Part shown: positions 10,852 to 19,843 of the stretch, piece after piece
Position numbering within the stretch: the first letter of the stretch is position 1
Layout of the letters: each line of letters starts with the position of its first letter
Source of the DNA: Trueperaceae bacterium
GTDB taxonomy: Bacteria; Deinococcota; Deinococci; Deinococcales; Trueperaceae
Direction of reading: 5' to 3'
Assembly: GCA_965214405.1 (NCBI GenBank)
Contig: OZ243956.1
Coordinates: 1,152,001-1,216,000, forward strand
DNA length: 64,000 nt
The notes under the pieces: generated by a model
The model's input: the letters and a program-made list of their open reading frames with translations, nothing else
Told to the model about the DNA's origin: nothing
Databases searched by the model: none
Program-made: the position numbers and the translations under genes

Positions 10852-10916
10852 TTTACTACGGTGCGCGCGCCGCGCAAAAGGTTTACGATAAAAGCATCAT
10901 GAGGCTTTGCTAACGC

Positions 10917-11564
10917 ATGTTCGAGACCCTTTCCGCTTTTCTCGACCACGCGGGCGTGTTCGCGCCGCTCCTCTACGTTTCACTCTATCTTGCCACCGCG
11001 CTCCTGCCCTTTATCCCTACGCCCTTGGTGAGCGCGCTGGGCGGCAGCCTGCTGGGCTTTGGGCCTGCGGTCCTTTACGGCGTGGTCGGGCTGAGCTTAG
11101 GCGCGGGATTGGCGCTCGGGTTGTCGCGCTCGCTGGGGCGGCCCGTGCTGATTCGCATCTTTGGCGCGCGCGTCTGGGAGGAGTGGGAAACGCTTCTGGG
11201 CGTGCGGTCGCCCCTGACCTGGGGCGTGATTTTCTTTCTGCTCAACATCGACTTCGCGGTGGTCGCCGCCGGGCTCTCCCCCGTCGCGCTGTGGCGGCTC
11301 TGGCTCGTCGCGGTGGTGGCCCGTTTGCCCTGGCTCGTGGCGAGCGCCTGGTTTGGCGAGAGTTTTTTGGAGTCGAGCCGCCTCCTCCCGCAGGCGCTGC
11401 TGTTTCTCGGCATATTTTTTGTTGCCGTACACCTGCTCAGGCCGCGCCTGCGGCGTTACCTCATCGCCAAACGCGGGGCCGCCGAAGCGCCCGCCCACAT
11501 CCATAGCGACCTCCAGGGGAAGAGCGACCTTCAGAAGGATGTACGGCTCGAGCGGGAGCGGTAA
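10917..11564 (+). CDS. DedA/TVP38/TMEM64 (VTT domain) membrane protein
   Basis: LPFIPTPLVSALGGSLLGF..A; several hydrophobic helices. Confidence 0.8.
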   Translation: MFETLSAFLDHAGVFAPLLYVSLYLATALLPFIPTPLVSALGGSLLGFGPAVLYGVVGLSLGAGLALGLSRSLGRPVLIRIFGARVWEEWETLLGVRSPLTWGVIFFLLNIDFAVVAAGLSPVALWRLWLVAVVARLPWLVASAWFGESFLESSRLLPQALLFLGIFFVAVHLLRPRLRRYLIAKRGAAEAPAHIHSDLQGKSDLQKDVRLERER

Positions 11565-11619
11565 AACTTTGCCAGGGAGCGGGGGAGGTGATGAGAGGCG
11601 GCCTCTCTACCCTAGCTCT

Positions 11620-12390
11620 TTACCGCCCCGGCCTTATCACCAGTTCGGTCAGGTCCGCGCTACGGGGCAGCTCGAGGGCGCTCACCACCGTCTGCGCCAC
11701 GTCGCCGGGCTGAATAAACGCGTCCGGGTTGTAGTCTTGCCCTTCCATCTCGCGCACCCGCTCCTGCATGGGCGAATGCGTGCGGCCCGGATAAATGCTC
11801 AAAACGCGCATCCCGTCCTTCGCAACCTCGTCACGCAGCGAGTCGGCGAGGGCCTTGAGCGCGTGCTTGCTCATCGCGTACTGGCTCCAGGTGCCCTTGG
11901 CGTTTAAGCCCGCGCCCGAGTTGATAAAGACGATTTGGCCCCGCGCGCGTTGCAAGAGCGGCAGGAGCTTTTGCGTGAGCGAGTAGGGCGCGCGCACGTT
12001 GACGCGGTAGTGCCAATCCAAGTTTTCTAAGGGCGCGTCGGCAAGCGGGGCCAGCGAGACGACGCCCGCGCTGTGGATGAGGATGTCTACCGCTCTCACT
12101 TCCTTGGCTAACTGCTCGGCGAGCGCGCCTACATCCTCTTCCCGTTCAAAGTCGGCGGTGTGAACGTCCGCCTCGCCCCCGGCCTCCCTTGCCGCTTGGG
12201 CGGCTTCTTCTAAGCGCATTTCGTCGCGGCCCACGAGGTGCAAAAAAGCGCCCTTCTGGGCTAACTGTAAAGCAACCGCGCGCCCGATGCCGCTGCTTGC
12301 GCCCGTGACGACGGCGGTTTTGGTGCGGAGGGGCTCGAGGGTGTCTAAGTCTTTAGAATCTAAATCGGGAATACCTGGGTTTCTGTCCAT
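11620..12390 (-). CDS. SDR family oxidoreductase
   Basis: VVTGASSGIGRA, HSAG, YAMSK; start moved to ATG 12390 so it does not overlap the upstream gene. Confidence 0.92.
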   Translation of the reverse strand: MDRNPGIPDLDSKDLDTLEPLRTKTAVVTGASSGIGRAVALQLAQKGAFLHLVGRDEMRLEEAAQAAREAGGEADVHTADFEREEDVGALAEQLAKEVRAVDILIHSAGVVSLAPLADAPLENLDWHYRVNVRAPYSLTQKLLPLLQRARGQIVFINSGAGLNAKGTWSQYAMSKHALKALADSLRDEVAKDGMRVLSIYPGRTHSPMQERVREMEGQDYNPDAFIQPGDVAQTVVSALELPRSADLTELVIRPGR

Positions 12391-12398
12391 ACCCCAGT

Positions 12399-13211
12399 CT
12401 ACTGGTTCTCGCTTTCGGCCACATCCATCACCCTGATATCCAGCACCGCCAACCCCGACACCCTGGCCCGCACCTCCTCGACAAAGCGCACCACCTCCGC
12501 GAACTTCTCCCCCTCGCCGGTCTGCATTCCGCCCTCGTACCACCAGGCCAGCGCCCAGTCGATGAGCGCCGACCACTGAGGCAGCAGCGGCTTTACAGAA
12601 CGTGCCGCGCGCTTTTTCGAAACCTGTGCGCCGTGCACGGACGTGTAGAGCGCGCGGCAGAGCGTCAGGACGGCGTAGGCTTGCTCGCGGGGAGGGTGCA
12701 TGTCGTTGACCCATTCTCCCCACGCATTCGCGTGCTCACGGACGCCCTCGAGAAATTCCGCCTGCGAAATCTCCGGCATCACCTCCTGCGGCGGCGGGCC
12801 GAACAGCGCGACGCCCCCTTGCCGCGCCATGTGCCAGTTCAAAAGGTAATGCCGGTTCGCCTCAAGCACATGCAGCGGCTCGCCCGGACTGATGCGCGCC
12901 ATGCGGCGGGGTTGGGTTCTAAAGCTCGTCAACGCTAGGGTGGACACATAATCAACCTCGATGCGGTCGTTCCAGGTGGGATAGTCCTCAACTAAACGCG
13001 TGTGCAGCTCGAGCAGCCTCGCAAGGTCTTCTTCAGTCACATCCTCAGAGAGAACCGCCAGAAGGTCGATGTCACTGCGGTCACGGTCAAAGTCACCCGT
13101 GACCAAAGAGCCGTGGAGGTAGAGCCCAAGAAGGGTTTGAAGCGTGTTTTGAATGTCGCTCGTTAAGCGGGTTAGGAGGCGCTCGAGTTCGGCGTCGGGT
13201 GCGCTGTACAT
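12399..13211 (-). CDS. Aminoglycoside adenylyltransferase-like nucleotidyltransferase (AadA/ANT-like, DUF4111)
   Basis: LYLHGSLVTGDF...SDIDLL, GVALFGPPP, YAVLTLCRALYT, VSKKRAA; TAGACT 6 nt before ATG 13211. Confidence 0.85.
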   Translation of the reverse strand: MYSAPDAELERLLTRLTSDIQNTLQTLLGLYLHGSLVTGDFDRDRSDIDLLAVLSEDVTEEDLARLLELHTRLVEDYPTWNDRIEVDYVSTLALTSFRTQPRRMARISPGEPLHVLEANRHYLLNWHMARQGGVALFGPPPQEVMPEISQAEFLEGVREHANAWGEWVNDMHPPREQAYAVLTLCRALYTSVHGAQVSKKRAARSVKPLLPQWSALIDWALAWWYEGGMQTGEGEKFAEVVRFVEEVRARVSGLAVLDIRVMDVAESENQ

Positions 13212-13303
13212 GCCCAAAGTCTACAAGGTGTTTTGTGGGAAGGGCTCGAGCCTGAACAGGGCTAATTCTTCGAGTCTTCTTAAAATTACTCCTAATTCCT
13301 TCG

Positions 13304-13332
13304 TTGACATTCCGAATTTTTTCGTCTATACT
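13304..13332 (+). promoter_or_regulatory. Near-consensus sigma70 promoter of blaI operon, with repeated TCC(T/G)AATT..TTCGT candidate operators
   Basis: TTGACA-17 nt-TATACT; imperfect repeats at ~13290-13304 and ~13311-13325. Confidence 0.75.
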
Positions 13333-13364
13333 CCAGACACGTAAGGAATGAGAAAGGAGAGGCG

Positions 13365-13760
13365 ATGGCGAGACCCAAAAGCAGCGGCCCCACCGACCGT
13401 GAACTAAGCATCCTGCGCGCGCTGTGGGAGGGCGCGGGCACCGTCCGCGACGTTCATGAGACGTTGCAAAAGCAGGGCGTCAAGGTCGGGTACACGAGCG
13501 TACAAAAAATCATGCAAATCATGTTCGATAAGGGCCTGGTTCTCCGCGACGAGCGCCGCGGCACCCACGTATACGAGGCGGCCGAGGCGCAGCGCGACAC
13601 GCAGGAGAGCATGACCAAAGACTTTATGGACAAGGTCTTCGGCGGCTCGGCGAGTCGTCTGGTCGCGCGCGCCTTGAGCGTCACGCCTGCGGGGCCGGAG
13701 GAACTAGATGAGATAGAAGCGCTGCTGGTGAAACTAAGGAGGGGGCAAGATGACGCCTGA
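13365..13760 (+). CDS. BlaI/MecI/CopY family repressor
   Basis: PTDRELSILRALW..GTVRDVH, YTSVQKIMQIM.DKGLV.RD, DKVFGGS; AAGGAG RBS. Confidence 0.94.
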   Translation: MARPKSSGPTDRELSILRALWEGAGTVRDVHETLQKQGVKVGYTSVQKIMQIMFDKGLVLRDERRGTHVYEAAEAQRDTQESMTKDFMDKVFGGSASRLVARALSVTPAGPEELDEIEALLVKLRRGQDDA

Positions 13761-15738
13761 CCTGCTCGTGACGAACCTTTTGGGTAACGCGCTCCTCGGC
13801 ACGGTGGGTGTGACCCTGCTGCATTTCGTGTGGCAGGGCGCGCTGCTCGCGCTGGGGCTGGCGCTCTCTCTGCGTATGCTTCGCCCGGAGCGCGCCGAAC
13901 TGCGCTACGCGCTCGCTTGTGGAGTTTTGCTTTTGATGGTCGCGGCCCCGCTGGCGACCTTTGGCGGGTTGTATGGGGGCTCGAGCCCCGTCACCAGTCC
14001 TACTATGCTCGAGCCCCCAATCCGTGTAGTCGAGCCGGTAGACAAAGCGCGAAATGAAGAGGCTTTGACGCCAGCTCCCGTTCCTGCTCAACAGGTCGCC
14101 CCAGCCACTTTGGTGGCTGAGACCCCGCGTCCGCTGGAATCTTTTTACTCCCTCTACGCGTCGCTTAACATCGGGCGCTTCGCCCCTTACCTGACGCTTC
14201 TGTGGGGCCTCGGCGTCCTGCTCCTCACCCTGCGGCTCTTAGGCGGCGTATGGGTGAGCGCCCGGCTGGGGCGCAGGGGGCAACTCGCCCCGGCGCGGTA
14301 TCAGCAGCGGCTGCTCGAGCTCTCCCGACACTTAGGTATCAAAGCGTCTGTGCGCCTATTAGAGAGCCGCGCCGTCGCGGTGCCGGTGGTGGCGGGCTGG
14401 CTCAAGCCCGTGATTCTGCTACCCTCGAGCGCACTAAGCGGCCTTACGCCCTTGCAGCTCGAGATGATTCTGGCGCACGAACTGGCGCACGTCCGCAGGC
14501 GCGACCCGCTGGTGAACGCCTTACAGCACCTCGTCGAGACGGCGCTCTTTTACCACCCGGCGGTGTGGTGGGTGTCGCACGTGATGCGTCAAGAGCGCGA
14601 GAGTTGCTGTGACGATGTTGCGACGCGGTTGTGCGGCGACCCGCTGGCCTATGCTGAGACGTTGGCGAGGCTCGAGCGCCTGCGCAGCCCCGGCCCGCTG
14701 GTGCTGGCAGGGAGTGGCGGGAGGCTGAAAAACCGCATCGAGCGACTTGTGGGGGTGCAGGGAAAACCGTCAGGCTCACCGCTGGTCACGTTTGGCCTTG
14801 CGGTTGGCTTGGTCTGTTTTTTGGGTGTCGCGGGAGTCATGGCGCAAAGCGGCAGGATGACGCCTAACGCTTCACACGTCGCCTCACCCACGCTTCCCGA
14901 GCGGAGCCTGTGGGTGGACATTTTGGGAGACGTGAGCTTTACCGACGACTATAAGTACATTGCAGACGTGGGTGAGGATGGGCTGTTTGTGCTCGAGGAG
15001 CGCCGCAACGGGCAGCCGTACCGCCTGCTGGTTGTTACGGGCAACGGAGACGGCACACCCGGCTACACGTACGTTAAAGAAGGAACCTTTGAACTGGAGC
15101 GGGGTACCTCTACCTTTGACAGTTTTACAGTCGAGGGAAGTGTAGTGTCTACCATGTTAGGCCCCTCCCGCCTTGCCATAAGCCATCCCGAAATTGCGCA
15201 ATGGTTGGAGGATGCGCTCGAGCAAACCGTATCTCGTCAAGCCGAGAGGTCAGCCCAAACAGCACCGGGGGAAGAACCGCTGGCGTCACTCGCATCAGCC
15301 ACCGGATTTTTGGCCGGAGGGGATGGTTACTACTCGCTTTTCAAAGAGATTTCACCAGGTTTGAACGGTTCCTTGATGCCTCTGTCACAAATGTGGGGAA
15401 CCGAAACGCCTACCGACGTTTCCGGAGTCGTTACCTTCGGGCTCTGGCGCGCGCTGCACTACCTTACCCAAAACCTCACAACTGATGAGAACGTCGTGAC
15501 CTTCATCCGCGATATTACCGAGAATTACGCGGGCGACTTAACAGAGGCTGAGAACGCCCTCATGCTCAAGGTGGCGGCGGAGTTCAGAACCGAATCAGCC
15601 AAGGCTGACGCGATCTTCGCCATCGCGGGCGTGCTGCCAGAGGACGCAGGATTAAGAGCCGAGTACCGGCGCGTTGCGCTGACCCTCGAGGACGAGGCGC
15701 TACAACGCGAAGCCCTGGACGCGTTTGTAAGCCCATAG
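13750..15738 (+). CDS. BlaR1-like M56 metallopeptidase with C-terminal extracytoplasmic domain
   Basis: LLHFVWQG, PVVAGWLKPVILLP, ILAHELAHVRRRD (HExxH), FYHPAVWW, ERESCCDD, LKNRIERL; overlaps blaI end. Confidence 0.93.
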   Translation: MTPDLLVTNLLGNALLGTVGVTLLHFVWQGALLALGLALSLRMLRPERAELRYALACGVLLLMVAAPLATFGGLYGGSSPVTSPTMLEPPIRVVEPVDKARNEEALTPAPVPAQQVAPATLVAETPRPLESFYSLYASLNIGRFAPYLTLLWGLGVLLLTLRLLGGVWVSARLGRRGQLAPARYQQRLLELSRHLGIKASVRLLESRAVAVPVVAGWLKPVILLPSSALSGLTPLQLEMILAHELAHVRRRDPLVNALQHLVETALFYHPAVWWVSHVMRQERESCCDDVATRLCGDPLAYAETLARLERLRSPGPLVLAGSGGRLKNRIERLVGVQGKPSGSPLVTFGLAVGLVCFLGVAGVMAQSGRMTPNASHVASPTLPERSLWVDILGDVSFTDDYKYIADVGEDGLFVLEERRNGQPYRLLVVTGNGDGTPGYTYVKEGTFELERGTSTFDSFTVEGSVVSTMLGPSRLAISHPEIAQWLEDALEQTVSRQAERSAQTAPGEEPLASLASATGFLAGGDGYYSLFKEISPGLNGSLMPLSQMWGTETPTDVSGVVTFGLWRALHYLTQNLTTDENVVTFIRDITENYAGDLTEAENALMLKVAAEFRTESAKADAIFAIAGVLPEDAGLRAEYRRVALTLEDEALQREALDAFVSP

Positions 15739-15756
15739 GGTTCAACGGGGCTCGAG

Positions 15757-16353
15757 GTGGTCCTCGACGCTGGTCACGGCGGGGCATTGGGCGGGGCCAG
15801 CGGCTACGCCGACGAAGACGAGGTGGTCCTCGCGGTCGCAGAGAAGGTCGCGTCACGCCTTGCCACCGCAGGCGTCAGGGTTGTCATGACCCGAGAATCG
15901 GATACCGCGCTCAGCAAGACCTTTACGGAAGACTTAGACGCGAGGCTGGCCCGCATCACCCCCGACACCGACGCCTTCATCTCTTTACACGCCAACGCCT
16001 CAGACAACTCCCTGACCACAGGAATTGAAACCTTTGTGGCGAGCGATTTTGAGACGGAAGGGCTTGAGGCGGCGACGCTTGCATTGGCTGAGGGTGTTCA
16101 GGCCGAATTGGCAGGGGCCGACGCGCCCGATAAGGGTGTGAACAGAAGCCCGTATTATCTTCTGGAAAGAGCGAGCGTCCCCGCGGTTATTGTGGAACTC
16201 GGTTACGTGACCAATCCCGAGGAGGGCGCTAGGCTGACCACTGAAACGTATCAAGACACGCTGGCTGAGGCGATAAGCCGGGCGGTGCTGACGTTTTTGC
16301 AGACTGACCCGCAACCAGGCGCGCAGAGCGGGGGGGGGTCAACCGCTTTATGA
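15757..16353 (+). CDS. N-acetylmuramoyl-L-alanine amidase (Amidase_3) domain, in frame with the M56 gene
   Basis: VLDAGHGG, EDEVVL, FISLHAN, GIETF, VIVELGYVTN: Zn ligands and catalytic Glu present. Confidence 0.9.
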   Translation: MVLDAGHGGALGGASGYADEDEVVLAVAEKVASRLATAGVRVVMTRESDTALSKTFTEDLDARLARITPDTDAFISLHANASDNSLTTGIETFVASDFETEGLEAATLALAEGVQAELAGADAPDKGVNRSPYYLLERASVPAVIVELGYVTNPEEGARLTTETYQDTLAEAISRAVLTFLQTDPQPGAQSGGGSTAL

Positions 16354-16523
16354 CGAGGCTCGAGCCTACTGCACCGGCGAAAAGTTTTCTGAGCGCGCGC
16401 TGTCCAGTCCCCTTTTCACAATGTTGACAGCGCGCCCCGACGCCGATACGGAGTTTTTTATCGAGCCCGACTCTGAGCAGTTGGTCCAGAGGTGCGTCGA
16501 AAACTTCCTGACAAGTCCTGACT

Positions 16524-17318
16524 TTAGGGAACGGCTCGAGAATCCGCAACTAAGGGAAGGGGACTTTCTACTGGGTCAGTGACCGCAGAAGCCTCAACCC
16601 TCGCTACGAATTCTCCCACCACGTGGGAAAAGGTTTCGGGCTGCTCTAGATTCCACACGTGACCTGCGCCGGGAACGATGCGCAACTCCGCGTGCGGTAG
16701 CCCCGCGGCGATGGCTCGAGCCGCACTCACGTTGGGCCGGTCTTTGCTACCGCACAAAACGAGCGTGAGCGGGGTGATGGTGGGCAGCAGGGGGCGCAGG
16801 TCGCTCTTGCCCGCGTCGCGCATGACGCGCAACAGGCCGCGTTTGCCGAGGTGCGCCAAGGTTTCACGCTGGGCCTGTTGAAGCGTGGGGCTCAGGGTGG
16901 GTGAGGGGTCCTGAAGGAGCAGGCGCTGGGGCAAGAGGCGGAGCACGGTTTCTTGAGCCATCATGACGAGGCGGGGCGGGTGGACCTGCGCGCCCGAAAG
17001 GATGAGGCTGCGCACGCTGCCGGGCGCGTCGTGAGCGAGGTGCAGCGCCACCATGCCGCCCAACGAGAGGCCACACACGTGCGCCGGGGCCGCCCCCACC
17101 TCGTCCAGCCAGCGCGCCACCTCCCCCGCAGCTTCTCTGAGAGGTAAGGGGTCGCCCGGCACGCGGCTCGAGAACCCCGGCAGGTCGGGCGTGAGCACCC
17201 GGTAGTCGTGGGCGAAGTGCTCGAGCTGGGTCGCCCACATGCGGTGGTCAAAGCCCATCCCGTGAAGAAACACGAGACTGGGGGCGGTTGGGGAACCCTT
17301 TTCGGCAAAATGCAACAC
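16524..17318 (-). CDS. Alpha/beta-fold hydrolase
   Basis: FLHGMG, PDLPG, GLSLGG nucleophile elbow, GSKD, AGH..NLEQP. Confidence 0.9.
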   Translation of the reverse strand: MLHFAEKGSPTAPSLVFLHGMGFDHRMWATQLEHFAHDYRVLTPDLPGFSSRVPGDPLPLREAAGEVARWLDEVGAAPAHVCGLSLGGMVALHLAHDAPGSVRSLILSGAQVHPPRLVMMAQETVLRLLPQRLLLQDPSPTLSPTLQQAQRETLAHLGKRGLLRVMRDAGKSDLRPLLPTITPLTLVLCGSKDRPNVSAARAIAAGLPHAELRIVPGAGHVWNLEQPETFSHVVGEFVARVEASAVTDPVESPLPLVADSRAVP

Positions 17319-17380
17319 GCTTAGAGCTTACGCGTTTGTGGCGTGAGAACGCTCGGCAGCGTCGGGTACACCCGATTTTC

Positions 17381-18391
17381 TTAAAGCGTGCGGTAGGAAC
17401 TCCCCAACACCGCCCCCACAAACGCCTCCGGCGCTTCGCTGTAGGGCGCGTGGCCCACGCCCGGCAGGAGGAAGAGTTCGCTCTCCGGGAGGCGCGCGTG
17501 CGCTTTGACACCATCTTGCGGCGACACGAGCGTGTCGTCCGCGCCCCAAAGAAGCGTCGTGGGCACGCGCAGCCGGTCGAACTCACCCAGCAGCGGCCTC
17601 TTCCAAGTTTTCAGGCCGATAAGCTCCGCAAACGCGAACTCACCCGAGCCCGGCGCGGCGGAGAGCTGGTAGTAGTAGTCGGTCAGCACGTTTTTGGGAT
17701 AGTGGGCGATGGCCGCGTCGTCGCGGGTCCGCGCGCGAACCAAGGCGGGGCCCAGGGGTCCGGCGAGGCGGACCACGCGCTGCGGCGGCAGGTTGTAAAG
17801 GACGCCGTTGCGCAGGGCCACCGGGCGCGTGAGACCGGCGGTGGACACGAGGATGAGGTGGGTGAGGTACTGAGGGTAGGAAAGCGCGTAGCTCGCCGCC
17901 ACAAAGCCGCCCATCGAGTGACCGAGGAGGGTAAAGCGTCTTAGCCCCACCGCCCGCCGCCACGCCTCCAACGACGCCACCCAACACGCCTGCGCCGCCG
18001 CCGGGCTTTTGCCCCAGAAGGAAGGGCGGCTCGAGCGCCCCCACCCGAGCAGATCGAGCGCGTAAACGCGGTAGGCCGTCGCCAACGCGTCAAAGGTTCC
18101 GGCAAACACGCCCAGCCCGCCGCCGTGACCGTGCAGCATGACCAGGGGCGGTTTGGCGGGGTCACCCAAGACAACCGTGTGAAGCGTGTGCCCGCCCGCA
18201 CGGACGAAGCGGTGTTCAAGGGGCGTTTTAACGCGCTCCAGCACGCGCGCCTCCGCCGCCTCGAGCGCCGCGCTCGAGGCGGGCGAGGGTAAAAAGGGCA
18301 GGGCGAGCGGGAGGGCTGCGCCGACCGCCAAGCCAGCTTTGACAAGCGGGCGCTCTACACTTTGGGAATGTTTCACCTTCGGACGTTTCAT
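17381..18391 (-). CDS. Alpha/beta hydrolase resembling eukaryotic ABHD4/ABHD5 (CGI-58)
   Basis: PLVMLHGHGGG, DLLGWGRSSRP, LEAWR, LLGHSMGGF, PQRVVRLAGPLGP, LTDYYY..SAAPGSGE; start at ATG 18391 with GAGG upstream. Confidence 0.88.
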   Translation of the reverse strand: MKRPKVKHSQSVERPLVKAGLAVGAALPLALPFLPSPASSAALEAAEARVLERVKTPLEHRFVRAGGHTLHTVVLGDPAKPPLVMLHGHGGGLGVFAGTFDALATAYRVYALDLLGWGRSSRPSFWGKSPAAAQACWVASLEAWRRAVGLRRFTLLGHSMGGFVAASYALSYPQYLTHLILVSTAGLTRPVALRNGVLYNLPPQRVVRLAGPLGPALVRARTRDDAAIAHYPKNVLTDYYYQLSAAPGSGEFAFAELIGLKTWKRPLLGEFDRLRVPTTLLWGADDTLVSPQDGVKAHARLPESELFLLPGVGHAPYSEAPEAFVGAVLGSSYRTL

Positions 18392-18450
18392 TAGAAACTT
18401 ACCTCTTTTTTTGAACATTTTATCTTTGTTAAACGCCCTCGAGCACACCC

Positions 18451-19263
18451 TCAAAACGCGCGAATCCGCCTGATGGCCCCTTCAAGGTCGCCACTCCCCG
18501 CCAGGCTACTGCCGATGAGCACGGCGTCGGCGAGCCCCACCAGCGCCGCCAGTTCGTCCGGCTTCTTGTAACCCGATTCGGCCACGAGCAAGCCGTCAAA
18601 CCCGGCCTCGCGTGCCTGTTGGATGAGTTTGGGCGCGTTGAGGAGGTTAATCTCGAGCGTCCGCAAATCACGGTTATTCACCCCGATAATGTCCGCCCCA
18701 CTCTCCAACGCCACCGTCAACTCCCGTTCATCATGGACTTCGACAAGCGCGTCTAAGCCGAGCGACCGTGTGAGTTCTAAATATGCTTTCGTGTTGCCAC
18801 CCAACACCGCCACGATGAGGAGCACCGCGCTCGCCCCGGCTTCAAAGGCTTCGAAAACTTGTAAGGGGTGGACGGTAAAGTCTTTACGCAACGTCGGCAG
18901 GTTGACGGCGCGACCTACCGCCGCTAAATGTGCTAAGTCGCCGCCGAAGTGGCGGGGTTCGGTAAGGATGCTTAGCGCTTGCGCGCCGCCCCTTGCATAA
19001 GCCTGCGCCGCGGCCACGGGCTCGAGCGCGGCAATCGCGCCTTGTGAGGGGCTCGAGCGTTTTACCTCGGCAATAATACTTAGACCTTCACGGCGCAACG
19101 CCTCGGCAAAATCCGGTCTTTCCTCCCACACGAGCGCGTCGGCGGGCGTGCCCAAGTCCGCATAATCGGCCAGACGTTCGCGCGCGATTCGGCCCAGCAC
19201 ACCCGGCACGTCAGCAAGGTCTTTTTCCGTAAGCGGCAGGGCTTCAGTAGGTGTAAAAGCCAC
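18451..19263 (-). CDS. trpC: Indole-3-glycerol phosphate synthase
   Basis: [44 protein letters not shown]. Confidence 0.96.
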   Translation of the reverse strand: MAFTPTEALPLTEKDLADVPGVLGRIARERLADYADLGTPADALVWEERPDFAEALRREGLSIIAEVKRSSPSQGAIAALEPVAAAQAYARGGAQALSILTEPRHFGGDLAHLAAVGRAVNLPTLRKDFTVHPLQVFEAFEAGASAVLLIVAVLGGNTKAYLELTRSLGLDALVEVHDERELTVALESGADIIGVNNRDLRTLEINLLNAPKLIQQAREAGFDGLLVAESGYKKPDELAALVGLADAVLIGSSLAGSGDLEGAIRRIRAF

Positions 19264-19525
19264 GAAGCGCGCTCGCCTCTCCCCAGGTCTCGGTGACCGC
19301 GCCCACCTCAGCGTGGGCGGGGCCGCGTTTGAGGAGGTGCAAAAAGTGCTCTAGGTCGGCGCGCTCGCCCTCGGCCACGATCTCGACGCGGCCGTCGCCC
19401 AAGTTTTCGGCGTAGCCCTGGAGCCCCAAATCTTGCGCCTGGCGTTGCGCAAACGCGCGGTAGCCCACGCCCTGCACCTCGCCCGAGACGAGCACGGTCA
19501 TACGAACAACAGTATCGGCGGTCAC
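19244..19525 (-). CDS. acyP: Acylphosphatase
   Basis: [36 protein letters not shown]; probable GTG start with TATTCT upstream. Confidence 0.93.
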   Translation of the reverse strand: MTADTVVRMTVLVSGEVQGVGYRAFAQRQAQDLGLQGYAENLGDGRVEIVAEGERADLEHFLHLLKRGPAHAEVGAVTETWGEASALRGFYTY

Positions 19526-19649
19526 GCGGTAGAATACCGCGTGCTTTCGCGCCTGTACAGGGTGCTGGAGCAGGCTCGAGCACGTTGTCAAGTTAACGCG
19601 GGCTGGACCTCACTCAGCTACTTCACACCTTCAACTGAGTAAGATGTGC

Positions 19650-19676
19650 ATGTACAGGTAGTCCCTACCTGTACGT
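19650..19676. promoter_or_regulatory. Perfect 10-bp inverted repeat between divergent acyP-trpC and tamB
   Basis: GTACAGGTAG-TCC-CTACCTGTAC (19652-19674). Confidence 0.55.
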
Positions 19677-19843
19677 AAAAAATGTCACAATGGAAGAGCG
19701 TGACCCCACCCCAAAGAACCGGGGTCGCCGGAAGTCCTGGCGAGCATGACGCGCCCGCCAAAGTAATTGTGAGCCTCAGCGGGAAAATAGAGAAGGTTTG
19801 TAAACAGTGATTTTGTAGACGGTAAATAACAAAGAGGAAACTT

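Noticed and set aside
11620..12723. 367-aa long form of the SDR
   Set aside because: The N-terminal 111 codons overlap the nucleotidyltransferase in another frame; the SDR fold begins after ATG 12390
15736..15738. Pyrrolysine or a genome-wide recoded TAG
   Set aside because: TAG is a normal stop in many genes here (e.g. glnK, iolB, lysJ) and no pyl genes are visible; only locus-specific readthrough or mutation remains possible
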